DNA of 63,836 nucleotides, counting the filler, from Perkinsus chesapeaki ATCC PRA-425 (Eukaryota > Protista > Perkinsozoa), in the NCBI GenBank assembly GCA_013115145.1. It is 11 parts of 11 records of this genome, joined end to end, with 100 filler letters (N's around TTAATTAATTAA, not from the genome) between each part and the next. Parts side by side here need not be neighbours in the genome. Positions count along the whole stretch, not along the records: positions 1 to 15,043 come from JAAPAO010000736.1; positions 15,144 to 18,139 come from JAAPAO010001483.1; positions 18,240 to 39,601 come from JAAPAO010000596.1; 8 more parts are not named here. The stretch is one strand, 5' to 3'. Each line of letters begins with the position of its first letter. Position 1 is the stretch's first letter. Position numbers and translations under genes: made by a program. Positions 10,754 through 22,587 of the stretch are shown here, in pieces. The notes under the pieces were generated by a model that was not told the origin of the DNA, searched no databases, and saw only the letters and a program-made list of their open reading frames with translations.

Positions 10754-13053
10754 TCACATCATCGTCATATCAATATGAAGATTAACTGGCAAGCGGTTCA
10801 CATAAGTTATCTCCCCGACTTGGTCACATCCCGCTGTTAAGCGAAGATTTGAAAATGATTTTAATAGTGTAGCTGCCAGTACTATGCACTCCTTCATTGC
10901 AAGATGTTGTCCGGGACATCTTCTGGGGCTGCCAGTGAATGCCCAATGCTTCAGAGCCTTTTCACGGTCAATAACCTTACTATTTGGAAGGAACCAAATC
11001 TCTGGTCTGCAATCATCACAGTTCCAAGAATTCATTCTGGCGGTCTTACCTGAACTCGGTTCCTCCATATTCCTCACTCTTCATGGCCTCCCCAGTCATC
11101 ATAATTATGACTGTGCCAGGGCTCACCATCTTTCCTTCGATGGAGTAGGGAACCGTGGTGACGTAAGGCATCGGACCAGGAGTAGAGTTGTTCATCTAAA
11201 ATTAAGAGATGAGTATTATCAACATGAGCAAGTCAAGTTAAGAGTTAACTGCATTAGAGAGCAGGTTCGGAATCCGAACCTTAGATTGAGACGACGGATT
11301 TCTCAAATCATGCTTACTCGAAGAGTTTCGAGGATGCAAGCTTCGACATAGGGCAATTGATTGATATCTTCATCATCCTCGGGAGCCCTTCCCAAAGCAT
11401 CAAGCTCTGCTCTAGCTGTAGCCTGAGCATCTGGGTGGATACACATCAGATAAAGGAACCATTCAACAGTCGGTGGGACAGAAGACCCACCGCTTAGAGT
11501 AAACCTAACCAAAAGGACGATCCAGCATTGAAAACTCAAATGACGAGCGCTCACGTGACAAGGTTCCAAGTTAGATCTTTCTGCTCCATATCGATCATTT
11601 TGTCCAAGACAGTGCCTTGAAGCTTCCCATCATTCTTCAAGACCTGCCTCCGTTGACTTATTATTTCACTGCAGAATTTCTCAACGCGCTCGACGGATGA
11701 GTAGAACTAAGAATCTGGACTCGGGGAGCGCATGAGAGACTACGAAGATGGCCCAGTCAGAAGCCTCGCTCACCTTGGATACGGGCTTGCTGAGTGTAAA
11801 AGGGAAGAAGTTCCTTATGAAAGGCGCCATTTGAATGTGCTTCAGGACGAAATCGTATCCCTCATAGAAGTCTTGGAAAATTCTGTAGGCGTACTCGCGA
11901 TCAGCTGCACCATGCGGATCTGAAGGCATACCCTGGGATTCGAAGTAAGCTTTTGATTCACCCAGAAGTGAGGTAGACCGCTTACCTAAGGGACTCAAAA
12001 ACTTATAATCTTTTCCGAAATTGGATGCCATTGTGAATTCAAACGCAGCGAGTTGTAGTAACTTATGTGGTTCCCAATCATGAACAGTACCATACTCGTC
12101 GGCCAAAGCTGATAGAACATGAGTCTGAAAAACATCATTACGATATATAACCCCGTGTCATTGAGCTGAGCCTCAGCCTGAGCCTGCTAACTTACCAGTC
12201 TTCGAGCCGCTAGGGCCATGAGTGGGATCATCACTTGAACATTAGGCTCTGCGAGAACGGGGTCCACTTTTCTTCTGTTTAAGCGCCATGCATGTCCATC
12301 AGTTAAGAATAAGCCGCGCCTCGGCAGCAAATCAAGTGTGTTGAATTGCCTCATCACGACCTCTTTGCTCGAGTCCCTGATGATTTTCCAAACGGTTTCT
12401 GGATTCTTGGTCACGACGTAGGGTGTAGTGAAGACCCTGAAGTAGGGAGTCCAACAATGATCACCGCAATCGGATCACGGATTATAGGCTATAATTTAGC
12501 TACTTGAATTAATCAGAATTCAGTTCCACCAGAGCTGTTATGGCGCAACGTTTATCGGAACCTACCAGTGATCACACTCTCTCAGACCACGGTACCTCCG
12601 AGAGGTAAGCATCACACTATAGCCTATAATAAGTCCAAGAGCTTAAATAAAAAATATTCAAGGATTGACGCTCAAAACCATAGCAGACTGAAGACAGCAT
12701 TGTTAGTCGCAGGATTCAGTCAGAAAAGGACGTACAAATGAACTCACCGAAAGGCGATTGTTTCACCGTATTGGTCAGTCCAAGTACGCATGCACTCCAA
12801 AGCATGATCCGGATCTAACTCCAGCGCTACACCGGTTATCGGGTTACCCTGAAAAGCTTTATCACTTTTGTGGGCAACCGTGGAGTGGCACCTTTGGCCC
12901 TGGGAAAGGCTGCTGTCTATTACAGCGGATTATCATCTTAACCACCTTTGTAGTCAGAAATGCAGTTACCAGGAGCAGTCCGCCTTTGCATGTAGCAGAT
13001 GCATAACGCTGCAGGGTCTGCCTTATGTCGACGTTTAGTACGGCAGTCATCAT
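10754..13053 (-). CDS. Cytochrome P450 copy B, complete multi-exon gene with atypical motifs
   Basis: After manual splicing: TM anchor plus PFPGPK|GNPITG, C-helix WRLNRR, I-helix FTLSGGSSVPPTVEW, K-helix ETLR, EFRPEIW (PERF equivalent) and heme loop FTGSPRRCPGQHLA; GT-AG introns. Confidence 0.9.
12481..12630. mobile_element. Candidate 150-bp MITE in P450 copy B intron 2
   Basis: Perfect 13-bp terminal inverted repeats ATTATAGGCTATA (12481-12493) and TATAGCCTATAAT (12618-12630); this intron (about 310 nt) is far longer than its neighbours. Confidence 0.45.
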
Positions 13054-14266
13054 CACTCGTTAGACTAGTGGTCTGAAGCTACAACGGAAGTGAAATGGAT
13101 TCCACACGTGCCACGGGAGATGGTCAGTGACACTGACTCAATGTTCGGCGCCAGTGGCGCGCATGGGACGGCCCTGCGGTGCAGATTTCACCCGCTTCAT
13201 CGACCCAGTAAACTACAGGGTATACACTGTATGGTCGTTTCCCTCGCTAGCGAACGGTTGCAAATGGAAGGGACATGTATTGGCTCCCTGTACGCATAAA
13301 TTCCATGCCACGTGTTCAGCATTACGAGCGAATAGGAATTAACAAGGACTGTGTTCCTGGCTCCAACATGCATTCGATCTTTTTGTGGCTAGTTATCGTA
13401 TACGGCTACCTCGCTGCATTCCTTGGGCACATTGCAAACCCACCAGCATCTCACAGAAACACAAGGTATGTTGGCACATAGAGATGTAAGGGCTTGGAAG
13501 CCCTATAATTGCTCTTGTAGATGTTTTGCACTACGAAATGGTGGGGAAGGGATAAACCTCGTGCAGACGCACAGCTCGCGCCACCAGCACAGATGAGTTT
13601 TCTGAAATCGTAGTCGGAAATTCCCTCCAGATCTTCCTGTTCTTATAAAATATATAATATAAACGTGTAGTGCCAAGAGGTTTAACTGTCAATAAACATC
13701 TGATGATCCGAAACGAAAGGATCTGCTCGTTTGAATCGAGTGCCTGGCGGGAAAGAGAGGGATTTGTCAGGTGTCGCAGGCGACTTCTGGCTTTGTAATT
13801 CACTGAATGGGTGGAGCTTGAAATACACGGGCCTCAACTCACGTTTGTTAATTTATCACTGTTAGTAATGGCGATACCTAACGCAATACTGCAATATTGT
13901 ACCGGCATGAAAAATTATTGTTCGGTATTTCCATAAACCGCCTAGACTGGGATGTAAAATAGATTGATGTTCAATGCTTGAAGTACTAAGTAGCAAATAT
14001 CAGTACGTCAAAAACGTAAACCGATGCTCGCTCCTTTAGCACTGCTAATTTAGCAGGTAGCTACAAAGGCCTGCCAACTGGCGTATCAAGCACGAATCGG
14101 TTAGAGCTAGTTGTGGACTATAACTTCTAGTTAGTACTAGCTCAAGACTATGAAACTCATACTGTAAATATTGTAGCTTACAATATGCCTGCAACTTTTG
14201 TAAGCCTGAAACGCTATCCAAAAGACACACCAACTGGGAGTATGATAGAATCAGGATAACAAGCAT

Positions 14267-14972
14267 TCACCTCATCGTCATATCAATATAAAGGTTAACT
14301 GGCAAGCGGTTCACATAAGTTATCTCTCCGACTTGGTCACATCCCGCTGTTAAGCGAAGATTCGAAAATGATTTTAATAGTGTAGCTGCCAGTACTATGC
14401 ACTCCTTCATTGCAAGATGTTGTCCGGGACATCTTCTAGGGCTGCCAGTGAATGCCCAATGTTTCAGAGCCCTTTCACGGTCAATAACCTTACTATTTGG
14501 AAGGAACCAATTCTCTGGTCTGCAACCATCACACTTCTAATAATTCATTCTGGCGGTCTTACCTGAACTCGGCTCCTCCATATTCCTCACTCTTCATGGC
14601 CTCCCCAGTCATCATAATTATGACTGTGCCAGGGCTCACCATCTTTCCTTCGATGGAGTAGGGAACCGTGGTGACGTAAGGCATCGGACCAGGAGTAGAG
14701 TTGTTCATCTAAAATTAAAAGATGAGTATTATCAACATGAGCAAGTCAAGTCAAGAGTTAACTGCATTATAGAGCAGGTTCGGAATCCGAACCTTAGATT
14801 GAGACGACGGATTTCTCAAATCATGCTTACTCGAAGAGTTTCGAGGATGCAAGCTTCGACATAGGGTAATTGATTGATATCTTCATCATCCTCGGGAGCC
14901 CTCCCCAAAGCATCAAGCTCTGCTCTAGCTGTAGCCTGAGCATCTGGGTGGATGCACATCAGATAAAGGAAC
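14267..14972 (-). CDS. Cytochrome P450 copy C, 3' half only
   Basis: Near-identical to copy B 10754-11460 including introns, heme motif intact; homology stops at about 14972, 70 bp before the contig end. Confidence 0.8.
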
Positions 14973-15087
14973 TGTTAAGGAACTGCTGGTCTTCTGTGTT
15001 ACTGGAACTCGATGCAGCCATGATATAGAATAGTGCAGATAGTNNNNNNNNNNNNNNNNNNNNNNNNNNNNNNNNNNNNNNNNNNNN

Positions 15088-15099
15088 TTAATTAATTAA
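15088..15099. other. Assembly linker TTAATTAATTAA (also at 18184, 39646, 41035, 43041, 53721, 58338, 59546, 60668, 62560)
   Basis: Identical 12-mer with stops in all six frames, centred in N runs of about 100 nt; an artificial contig joiner. Confidence 0.98.
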
Positions 15100-16860
15100 N
15101 NNNNNNNNNNNNNNNNNNNNNNNNNNNNNNNNNNNNNNNNNNNAAGATCCGGAGTAATAAGATGCCGGGGTACCTTTGAGGACAAAAGACAAATCGCACG
15201 AAACGGCCTGATGTGCAGACAAAAACTTGAAAGTGAAACTAAAATTAGTTCAGTCTACATTAACCGCGATAACAAGTAAAAGCCTGCTATGTCGCGGACC
15301 TACAGAATACGTCGCGAGAACAGATGACCTGTGGCCTCTTCGGAAGGTTGGGTCAAATGATGTGATGCGTTGTCTGAGAAAAAACAGTTCAAGTTCGTCC
15401 AGTGTGAACCGAAACGCTCTTTGGCATAACATTTCCAGATCTACGACTAACAGAACGCAGCTTGTAACAATAAAAACTAGAGTGAGAAGGACGAAGTGTC
15501 TGTTTAGACATTAGAACAACCAAGTAAACAGTGTGTAGTTGAGGTTATAGCTGTAAACTAATCGAGATTTTTCAGTAGTCTCCCAGACTCACCAGAGCCT
15601 TGAAGGGGAGCTGACGAATGACACAAACCAAGAATCGCAAAACTCCTACCATCATAAACTCAAACAATCGAGACAAGAACAATATTGCTCAAAGAAAGGA
15701 GTTGGGACGCCATCTTAAATATAAGCTTTCACCGACTAGTGCTACAATACCAACAACTACGAAAAAGAGTCGGCTGGCTTGCCCCCCGCGCTCCAAAGTG
15801 AGCTCGAGAACGCACAATTTCTCTGCTTTTCCACCCTGTACGTGTCCTTGTGACGCGGAAGTTCGACTGTTTTTCAAATACTGCCATTTCGGATGTGATT
15901 TGCGTGCAGCCCAAGTGGCCGTAGCGTGCAAATGCGATGCGAGGAATTGCCAAAGAAACCACTCATCGCCTTTCAGCAGCAAAGGACGCCAACGGGAGAC
16001 TCTAACAATCTTCAGCTCATAGATAGCTGAAACTCATGCATTAGAATGATAAAACCACTCTTTCTTATACCTGTGCATGCGTTTAATGGATAGTAGTATC
16101 GACACGCAGTTCTCAATTTGTTCACTCGAGGCTTGTTGAAGGTTGTTGTGGAGCGAAGTGTGGGTACGAAACTTCTTTCTTTACAATGATTGAGTCAGGC
16201 CAAATCTGCGAACCAGACTCTAGCGCTAGACTCACAGTCAACAAGAGAAACAAAAACTTGAAAAACGACGCGTTGCTGGGAAGCTTAGCTTTGAGAAAGC
16301 GTATTATCAAGAGGCTATTAGGCAAGAATACTAAAAACAGCTTCAAAAAAACAAGTAACCGAGTGGGAGGAGCTTCGTGAACTCAGTCTAATGAGTTTCG
16401 AGAAGCAGCAATGATCAGGATTATCCAAAACGCCACCAGAGGCGATAAGTTTGACATTCGAACTTCGTACATAGCTAATGAAAACGTATCGATCGGAGCG
16501 TAACTCGAAAATAGGATCGTGTGTCACTTGGTGCAGTGGATCGCAACGAACACAAACTTGGCGAGGATTCCACGCGCATTGCATTGGCTCGGTCAGCGAA
16601 GATCTGTTACCACCAGCGTTATCATCTAAGTGAAAGTAAGGTGCCTATCACGGCGTCGTCACGACGCCGTTTTGGAAGCTAGGCCGTGAAGGACGATCGG
16701 AATTTTACGGCTTGTTTTTCGTTACGGAGCTCCTTCTACTGTAGTGCTCATCGACGGAACTAATTCNNNNNNNNNNNNNNNNNNNNNNNNNNNNNNNNNN
16801 NNNNNNNNNNNNNNNNNNNNNNNNNNNNNNNNNNNNNNNNNNNNNNNNNNNNNNNNNNNN

Positions 16861-17409
16861 ATTCGTAACTTCACCACTTCCTCATTGTGGTCGGACCTTG
16901 AGGCTTATCAACCCTGGTTGTATGCCGACTACGCTTATGCTCGACTGAGGTCCGAAGACGTCGACCCCGAAGTGGGGATCAATCTTGAATGGGCAAAGAA
17001 TGTCAGTAGCTGGTACATCAACGCTTCAGGCCGCGGATGCAGACTGTCATTAGTTGTAGGTTTGTCAATCGCCCATTAAAGCGACAAGATGCCTATGTCT
17101 CAGGTGGAGGCTACAGCTGTAAGTGGTAACCATCGTGACCTACGATATTACTCGCAAATCATCGCTGACGGAGCAGACCCTCGGGGAAACGGCTCCTTTG
17201 AAGGATTTTATGTCAACACGCCATGGCAGATTGAGAGGAAGGCCGACCTGGTAAAATCAAGTGATTTACTCGGCATGAGTCTCATCTTCCCAAAGGGCGA
17301 TATGCCCCCTACTAACCCGAATTCTATGCTTCACGCAATGACATCATCCTTACGCTCCACGGCCTTCCAAGGTGATGATGGAGACACCAAGTCCGACCAA
17401 CAGTTTTAA
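16861..17409 (+). CDS. 3' exons of a hypothetical gene (5' end in the gap)
   Basis: Two consecutive protein-like frames (16861-17079 and 17089-17409) separated by a plausible short intron. Confidence 0.4.
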
Positions 17410-18239
17410 TAATATGACTTTGGTGGAGAGCGCTGATGCTAGTATTCATTGCAAAGCCCGAGCAGTAGCGCTACCGCTCGGGAACATATAAGGGACCTTC
17501 TTTTCCAGTTTCGTTTTCATAAGTGTTGTGCCGAGTTTAGTTGGATTAGGATACACCACTGGATTCAAACCACAATATACTGTAGAACTTATCGCCCCCT
17601 CTATCGTTTCGAACACGACCTTTGAACACCGTAACTGGCCGTAACGATTACATGTGACGTGATTCACGCCACGTGTTTAAGATTATTAGAAGAGGACATC
17701 ATCTTTCTTGATCAACACCTTTGGAACTTCCAATGCTGATATATTTCGATAAGAAACGATTTGACCATTACATTATAACAAATGATAACCCTCCAATTTG
17801 GAAGTATACCATTTGTTATTTCTACATCTCTCAGATAGAGCACTCACAATTCTAGATCGAATGACCAAAACCTTGTCATTTGTGCCTATTATTCAACGTT
17901 CAAGCCGCTTGGACCAAACGGACAAAAAGTGAGTTAAACTCACTTTTTGTTTTACCACGAGTTGGCAACTCCACAGAGACTGGCAGAGATACTGTAAGAT
18001 AGACCAACACCTGGATGATCAACCATACAACGCTGCTCGACTGGAAGCCGGCAGCATTGACGCTTTGACGTAATTAATTGAACCAAAGCCCTAGTTGGTG
18101 CGAAATTGTTAATTGACATGCGGGCCCTTTCAAGGGAAANNNNNNNNNNNNNNNNNNNNNNNNNNNNNNNNNNNNNNNNNNNNTTAATTAATTAANNNNN
18201 NNNNNNNNNNNNNNNNNNNNNNNNNNNNNNNNNNNNNNN

Positions 18240-19182
18240 GTATAGTGTGTTGCCAGCCCATGCTTCAACAGGTCGACACCGTTCAAGCGAGCTCCAGTGA
18301 GACCTTCGAAGAGAATCCGAAATTCAAGCACGGCAATCGGCTACCTAGGTAAAGCCCGAGACCAGGAGCCTCCAAGCGAGAGAGAAAGTAGGATGCGCCG
18401 ATGTCAGGGACCTGTGCTGATAGAGTCGAGGGCAGATTTCCAAGTCGCCAGTACAAAGCCAATTCCCGTCTCTGGCATCGAGAAGATGGTGTTCTCGGCA
18501 GCAATACGATGACTGCCATACAGAGACAGCCCCACGCCTCCACCCATCACTATCCCATTCCAAAGAGACACCCAGCTTGATGGGTATCTACATTAGCAGA
18601 TCAACAGATGAAGCGAGCCATCGCATAATGTTACGTATGTATTCGATGGTTCATTTGGAACTCGGTCGCGAACCATCTAAACAGCACTTCTATGGCCATC
18701 AGCTGCATCTCTACCTCAGATTCCATCCACTGTTCCCCTCATCTGCCATACGAGCCACATCCCCTCCTGCACAAAAGGCCCTGTCGCCCTCCCCAGTAAC
18801 AACAACCTGCTCAGAGCCTTCCGTTCACTATCTTCATCACCTTATTGTTACCGTCGGAGGACTGTCGCTCAGCGTCCACTCGCCGACCCAGCTGTTGATA
18901 CAGGCGACCTGCTACCCACAGTGACTCCACAAGCCTAAGCCTCTACAAGGCTCTACCTGGTCCAATGTCAAAGCGTTGAGCTTAGACGGCCTATTAAGGT
19001 GAATATTAACCACCTTCCGAGACTGCGATGCGAACAGCTTAAGCTCCCCATTATAAATCGCCGACGCCCCGGTGCCTGCTACATCGATGAGACTGTGGAC
19101 GGCCCCCAAATGCACTACTATGACTTGCCACTGATGACGCGGCCGTTGACAGGTGCCTCGCAATCTGCCCTACCCTGTCCAT
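18240..19182 (-). CDS. HIBCH: 3-hydroxyisobutyryl-CoA hydrolase (crotonase superfamily), 3'-truncated by the gap
   Basis: Spliced motifs LNRPSKLNALTLDQ, GEGDRAFCAGGDV, WNGIVMGGGVGLS, FSMPETGIG, PDIGASYFLSRL, LTGARLNGVDLLKHGLATHY; N-terminus MDRVGQIARHLSTAASS resembles a mitochondrial presequence. Confidence 0.88.
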
Positions 19183-21042
19183 AAAAAGTAACTCAAACGC
19201 GGACAGCGTCTGTGAACTCGAACCCAACATACCAGACTGCGGCTTAATATTAGTAATATGCTTCAAAGGAAGGATCTCTCCTGTCTAAGGGAACTGTCAG
19301 CCCAACTCAATCGAATGATTTCAGAGCCCGACTTCATTCGTCCCTCGGGAAATCTTAAAATGCTCGGGAAACTATCCGCATCAGCCACCTGAATCCAAGG
19401 GAAGTACATGCCGTCAGAAATCTGGCAGCGTACCCATGGCTTGCATCTTGGCCATGCCTTCCAAGCCTCTTAGATCACCTCTACCCGGTCGACCTACTCC
19501 ACGATGAGGACCTCTGCCGTCTGGGCCACCGTCACCATTCTGGACGACACAGATGCATTCTCAACTCAAATGCGCGCGCTGTGTTGGGGAGCGCATTAGC
19601 CCTCTTTAACCGGGAACATTTTCTCACCGAATTGTTAAAGGGATACATCCAGTGGTGCAGAAATTCGCCATGACTTTATCAAAGTCCCTCCATGATGAAA
19701 ATCGGCATACATCTCAACATAGAAAGCGATTGGCTCAGCGGTACGCAGCGAGTTCCACTATGTACAAAGTCAGTTGACAGAAAACGAGTATGAAACCTTC
19801 TCCGAGTGCGTATATTTCTGATCGGGTGGTCACCTAGGAGCCACCCAATCCGCGTCGTAAGCGATACGAAGCTCATACTTAGATTGACCTATGTATCACA
19901 CTGCTGCCATTCCATACTGCTATATTCGCAGACCGAGGCTCTGTATTCCACGAAGAAGTATGAGCTCACTGGATTACGCCTAGCTGTGACAACCTCCTAG
20001 GCCTACAGTAGGACTCCTACTACCACAAAAGCATGCCCATTGGCCTACATAGCAACATCCAAGCATGCAATGGTCTACGTAGCATACCAAGCCGCTCAAT
20101 ATTCCACAGTTCACAAATGTACCACAGCTATAAACCAAACTCCCAGATTAAGCATATGCAGTGCAGTAAGCTCTCCGCAGCCTTCCCATGTTATTACATT
20201 GCCTCCCCAGCCTGCATTGCCCCTCCTACTGCCCTTCTTCGATGACGGTCGATATGCCGCGCTGGAGCCAGGCGCAAAGATGCCCTAACAATAAAGTCGC
20301 GAGAAGTACTCATGCCTCCTTTACTACCTGGAAAAACAACATAACGACTCCGAAAATTTTCCAAAAGAAGTCTATGACGGCCTGAAGGGGCCACCACAGG
20401 CTCAGCCGCTTGTGTGGCACTTGGGACTCATCCGAGTACAAAACCCCGTCAACAATAACCGCCATTCGAAAAAAGAAATATCAGCAAAGATTCTACTAAG
20501 GTTGATTAGGCGTCACCAGGAGAGCTCAGTGCCTTTTCCAGTAACTATGTGATTGAAACCATCATATCCCTTCCCTGCTTACTCCAGCCAGCGTGAATCG
20601 AACTACGGCAGAGTCCTATAGTGATTTGATGTTTATTAATAGTAAACACAAGGCGGTCGGTAATAATGGAAAGGTGGCGTTCAGGAGGATAGTGGCGGTC
20701 TTCTTCGTCTTCTTAGAACGGTGTTGATGATACACGCTCATCATCCTCCTACTACTCCTCAAGCGTGATGCGCGTACGAAGACAGCAGCAGCAGCACCAG
20801 TAGACCGGCCACAGACTAAAATCACTAGGTTAAACACTTCTTGTCTCTAATCTCTATTGAACCCTTAGAACATATCTCCTATATAGAGAAGGTCGTAACA
20901 GGTATAGAGATAAATGCATGATAATATGAGAAAGTGCTGCCTAGTGATTGTGAGGGTGGGGGCAGCTGAACACCCCATTGGACATACTCCTATTGATAAT
21001 ACTACTACTCGTTCAATCTTACTATCAACATTCTAGTCCTCA

Positions 21043-22332
21043 CTATTCAGCAACTACGACCGGCGAGGACGACGACGACGAACTCGAGTTCCCTTCGCTC
21101 CTCACAGTAGTTTCGGTTGGTTCAGTACGCCGTCTAGTAGGCTTCTTATCTCGAACTGTCGGGGGAGGAGCGGTATGATACAAGACCAGCCCGCCGAGGG
21201 CTAAGGCGAAGGATATGGCATACATGGCGTGCGAGAGCCTGAAGCTGCCTTCTCTAAGGAAGTCAAAGACAGCTGCGTAAATGTGGGTAGTTAGCAAGGA
21301 TAAGTTCATCACAGCCGCATCGAAGAGACCAAGGAAGTGCGCGGTTAAGGTGTACATTGTAACCAGGCAGAACACATACCCGGCCATATAGCCGAAGACC
21401 ACACCGTCAGACCAGTCAATAGCTGCTATTTGGTGACGCTCATGAGAGACCACATGGATGAGCGATATTAGAATTCCAAACAAGCCTATCATTCCCAAGA
21501 ACTCCGCCGACGCCAGAAATGGATCAACGCATCTTTTCCGCTTAATATCCCCGTCGACGACCTCCTGCTGCAGATTGGTCGCTCGGAGACGCTTCACCAT
21601 GTACTCCTGGAAAACGTTACCGCAAGCGTACAGAGTGGCACCCGCCAGAACCAGCAGGTCCCCTACTAGTGCGTCGCTGCCAGAGGACAGGTTGTCAGGG
21701 TTCCTTTTGTAGTCAAGCCAGACAGTAAGCCCCATTCCACATAGGGAGATCACAACAGCGCCTATGTGAACCCAGTTGTACTTGGCCTTGAGGAAGATCA
21801 TGGACAAGACCATCGCACAGGGGATGGTAAAGCAGTTGAGGAGCTGAGCTGAAGTGATGTTGGTGAACTGGTAAGCCCACACCGCCAAGTAGTTCGCATT
21901 GACATCAATGCAGGCAAAAATGAGGTAGAACCACCAGGGCAGAGTCAGACCATTCTTCCACGGCTTACAAGCTAGTATATAGAAGCTTAGAAAGACGTAT
22001 ATGAACATACTCTGAAAGGCAGGGGCGTTGAAGTTACAGTCACTGGCCAGGACAGTGGAAAAGGCGCCAGTACCGAACACACATAGAGAGATAAACTGGC
22101 CTTCTAAGATGGCCCATGCCTTCATTCGTACAGCTTCCTTGGTGAAGCCAGGAGATGACGGTCTTGGACAACAGCGCATATCGTGATTGCCTTGTTGTTG
22201 TTGGAGTAGCGGTTTAGCTAGTGTTGTGGTTACGAAAGAGGAGAGGAGGTCATCCAATACTCCCATCAATAGGAGTTCAATCTGTCTCTTAAACAACGGC
22301 GTCACACCACGCGGCGGAGCGAAGCGATTCAT
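21043..22332 (-). CDS. SLC35F: Solute carrier family 35 member F (SLC35F1/F2-like, DMT superfamily), intronless
   Basis: About 10 TM segments; DVNANYLAVWAYQFTNITSAQLLNCFTIP, GDLLVLAGATLYACGNVFQE and NLSLLTTHIYA match the family; true start codon uncertain. Confidence 0.88.
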   Translation of the reverse strand: MNRFAPPRGVTPLFKRQIELLLMGVLDDLLSSFVTTTLAKPLLQQQQGNHDMRCCPRPSSPGFTKEAVRMKAWAILEGQFISLCVFGTGAFSTVLASDCNFNAPAFQSMFIYVFLSFYILACKPWKNGLTLPWWFYLIFACIDVNANYLAVWAYQFTNITSAQLLNCFTIPCAMVLSMIFLKAKYNWVHIGAVVISLCGMGLTVWLDYKRNPDNLSSGSDALVGDLLVLAGATLYACGNVFQEYMVKRLRATNLQQEVVDGDIKRKRCVDPFLASAEFLGMIGLFGILISLIHVVSHERHQIAAIDWSDGVVFGYMAGYVFCLVTMYTLTAHFLGLFDAAVMNLSLLTTHIYAAVFDFLREGSFRLSHAMYAISFALALGGLVLYHTAPPPTVRDKKPTRRRTEPTETTVRSEGNSSSSSSSSPVVVAE

Positions 22333-22587
22333 ATTGACCTTTTTTGCCAGCCGCCTCCGGCTGCCTAGTGAATGTACTGAACCGCCTACTGAAACGTACT
22401 ACTGGCTAACACCCTTTTATATAGCTCTAACAATGCGGTCTTCCACGCGGGGGGCGAACTCCCTTTCAATTCCAGTGAAAATTCCGGCGCCGGCTTTCCT
22501 CGAGCGGCTCCGAAGACAACGCTGGTAGTTACAACAACGCAAGACTCCGCTTCCGATAATCACGCAACTTTGCTGAATATTAGAAGT

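Noticed and set aside
15144-16620. Overlapping short ORFs as a transposase or host gene
   Set aside because: No motif recognised in any frame; cannot distinguish from decayed or non-coding DNA.
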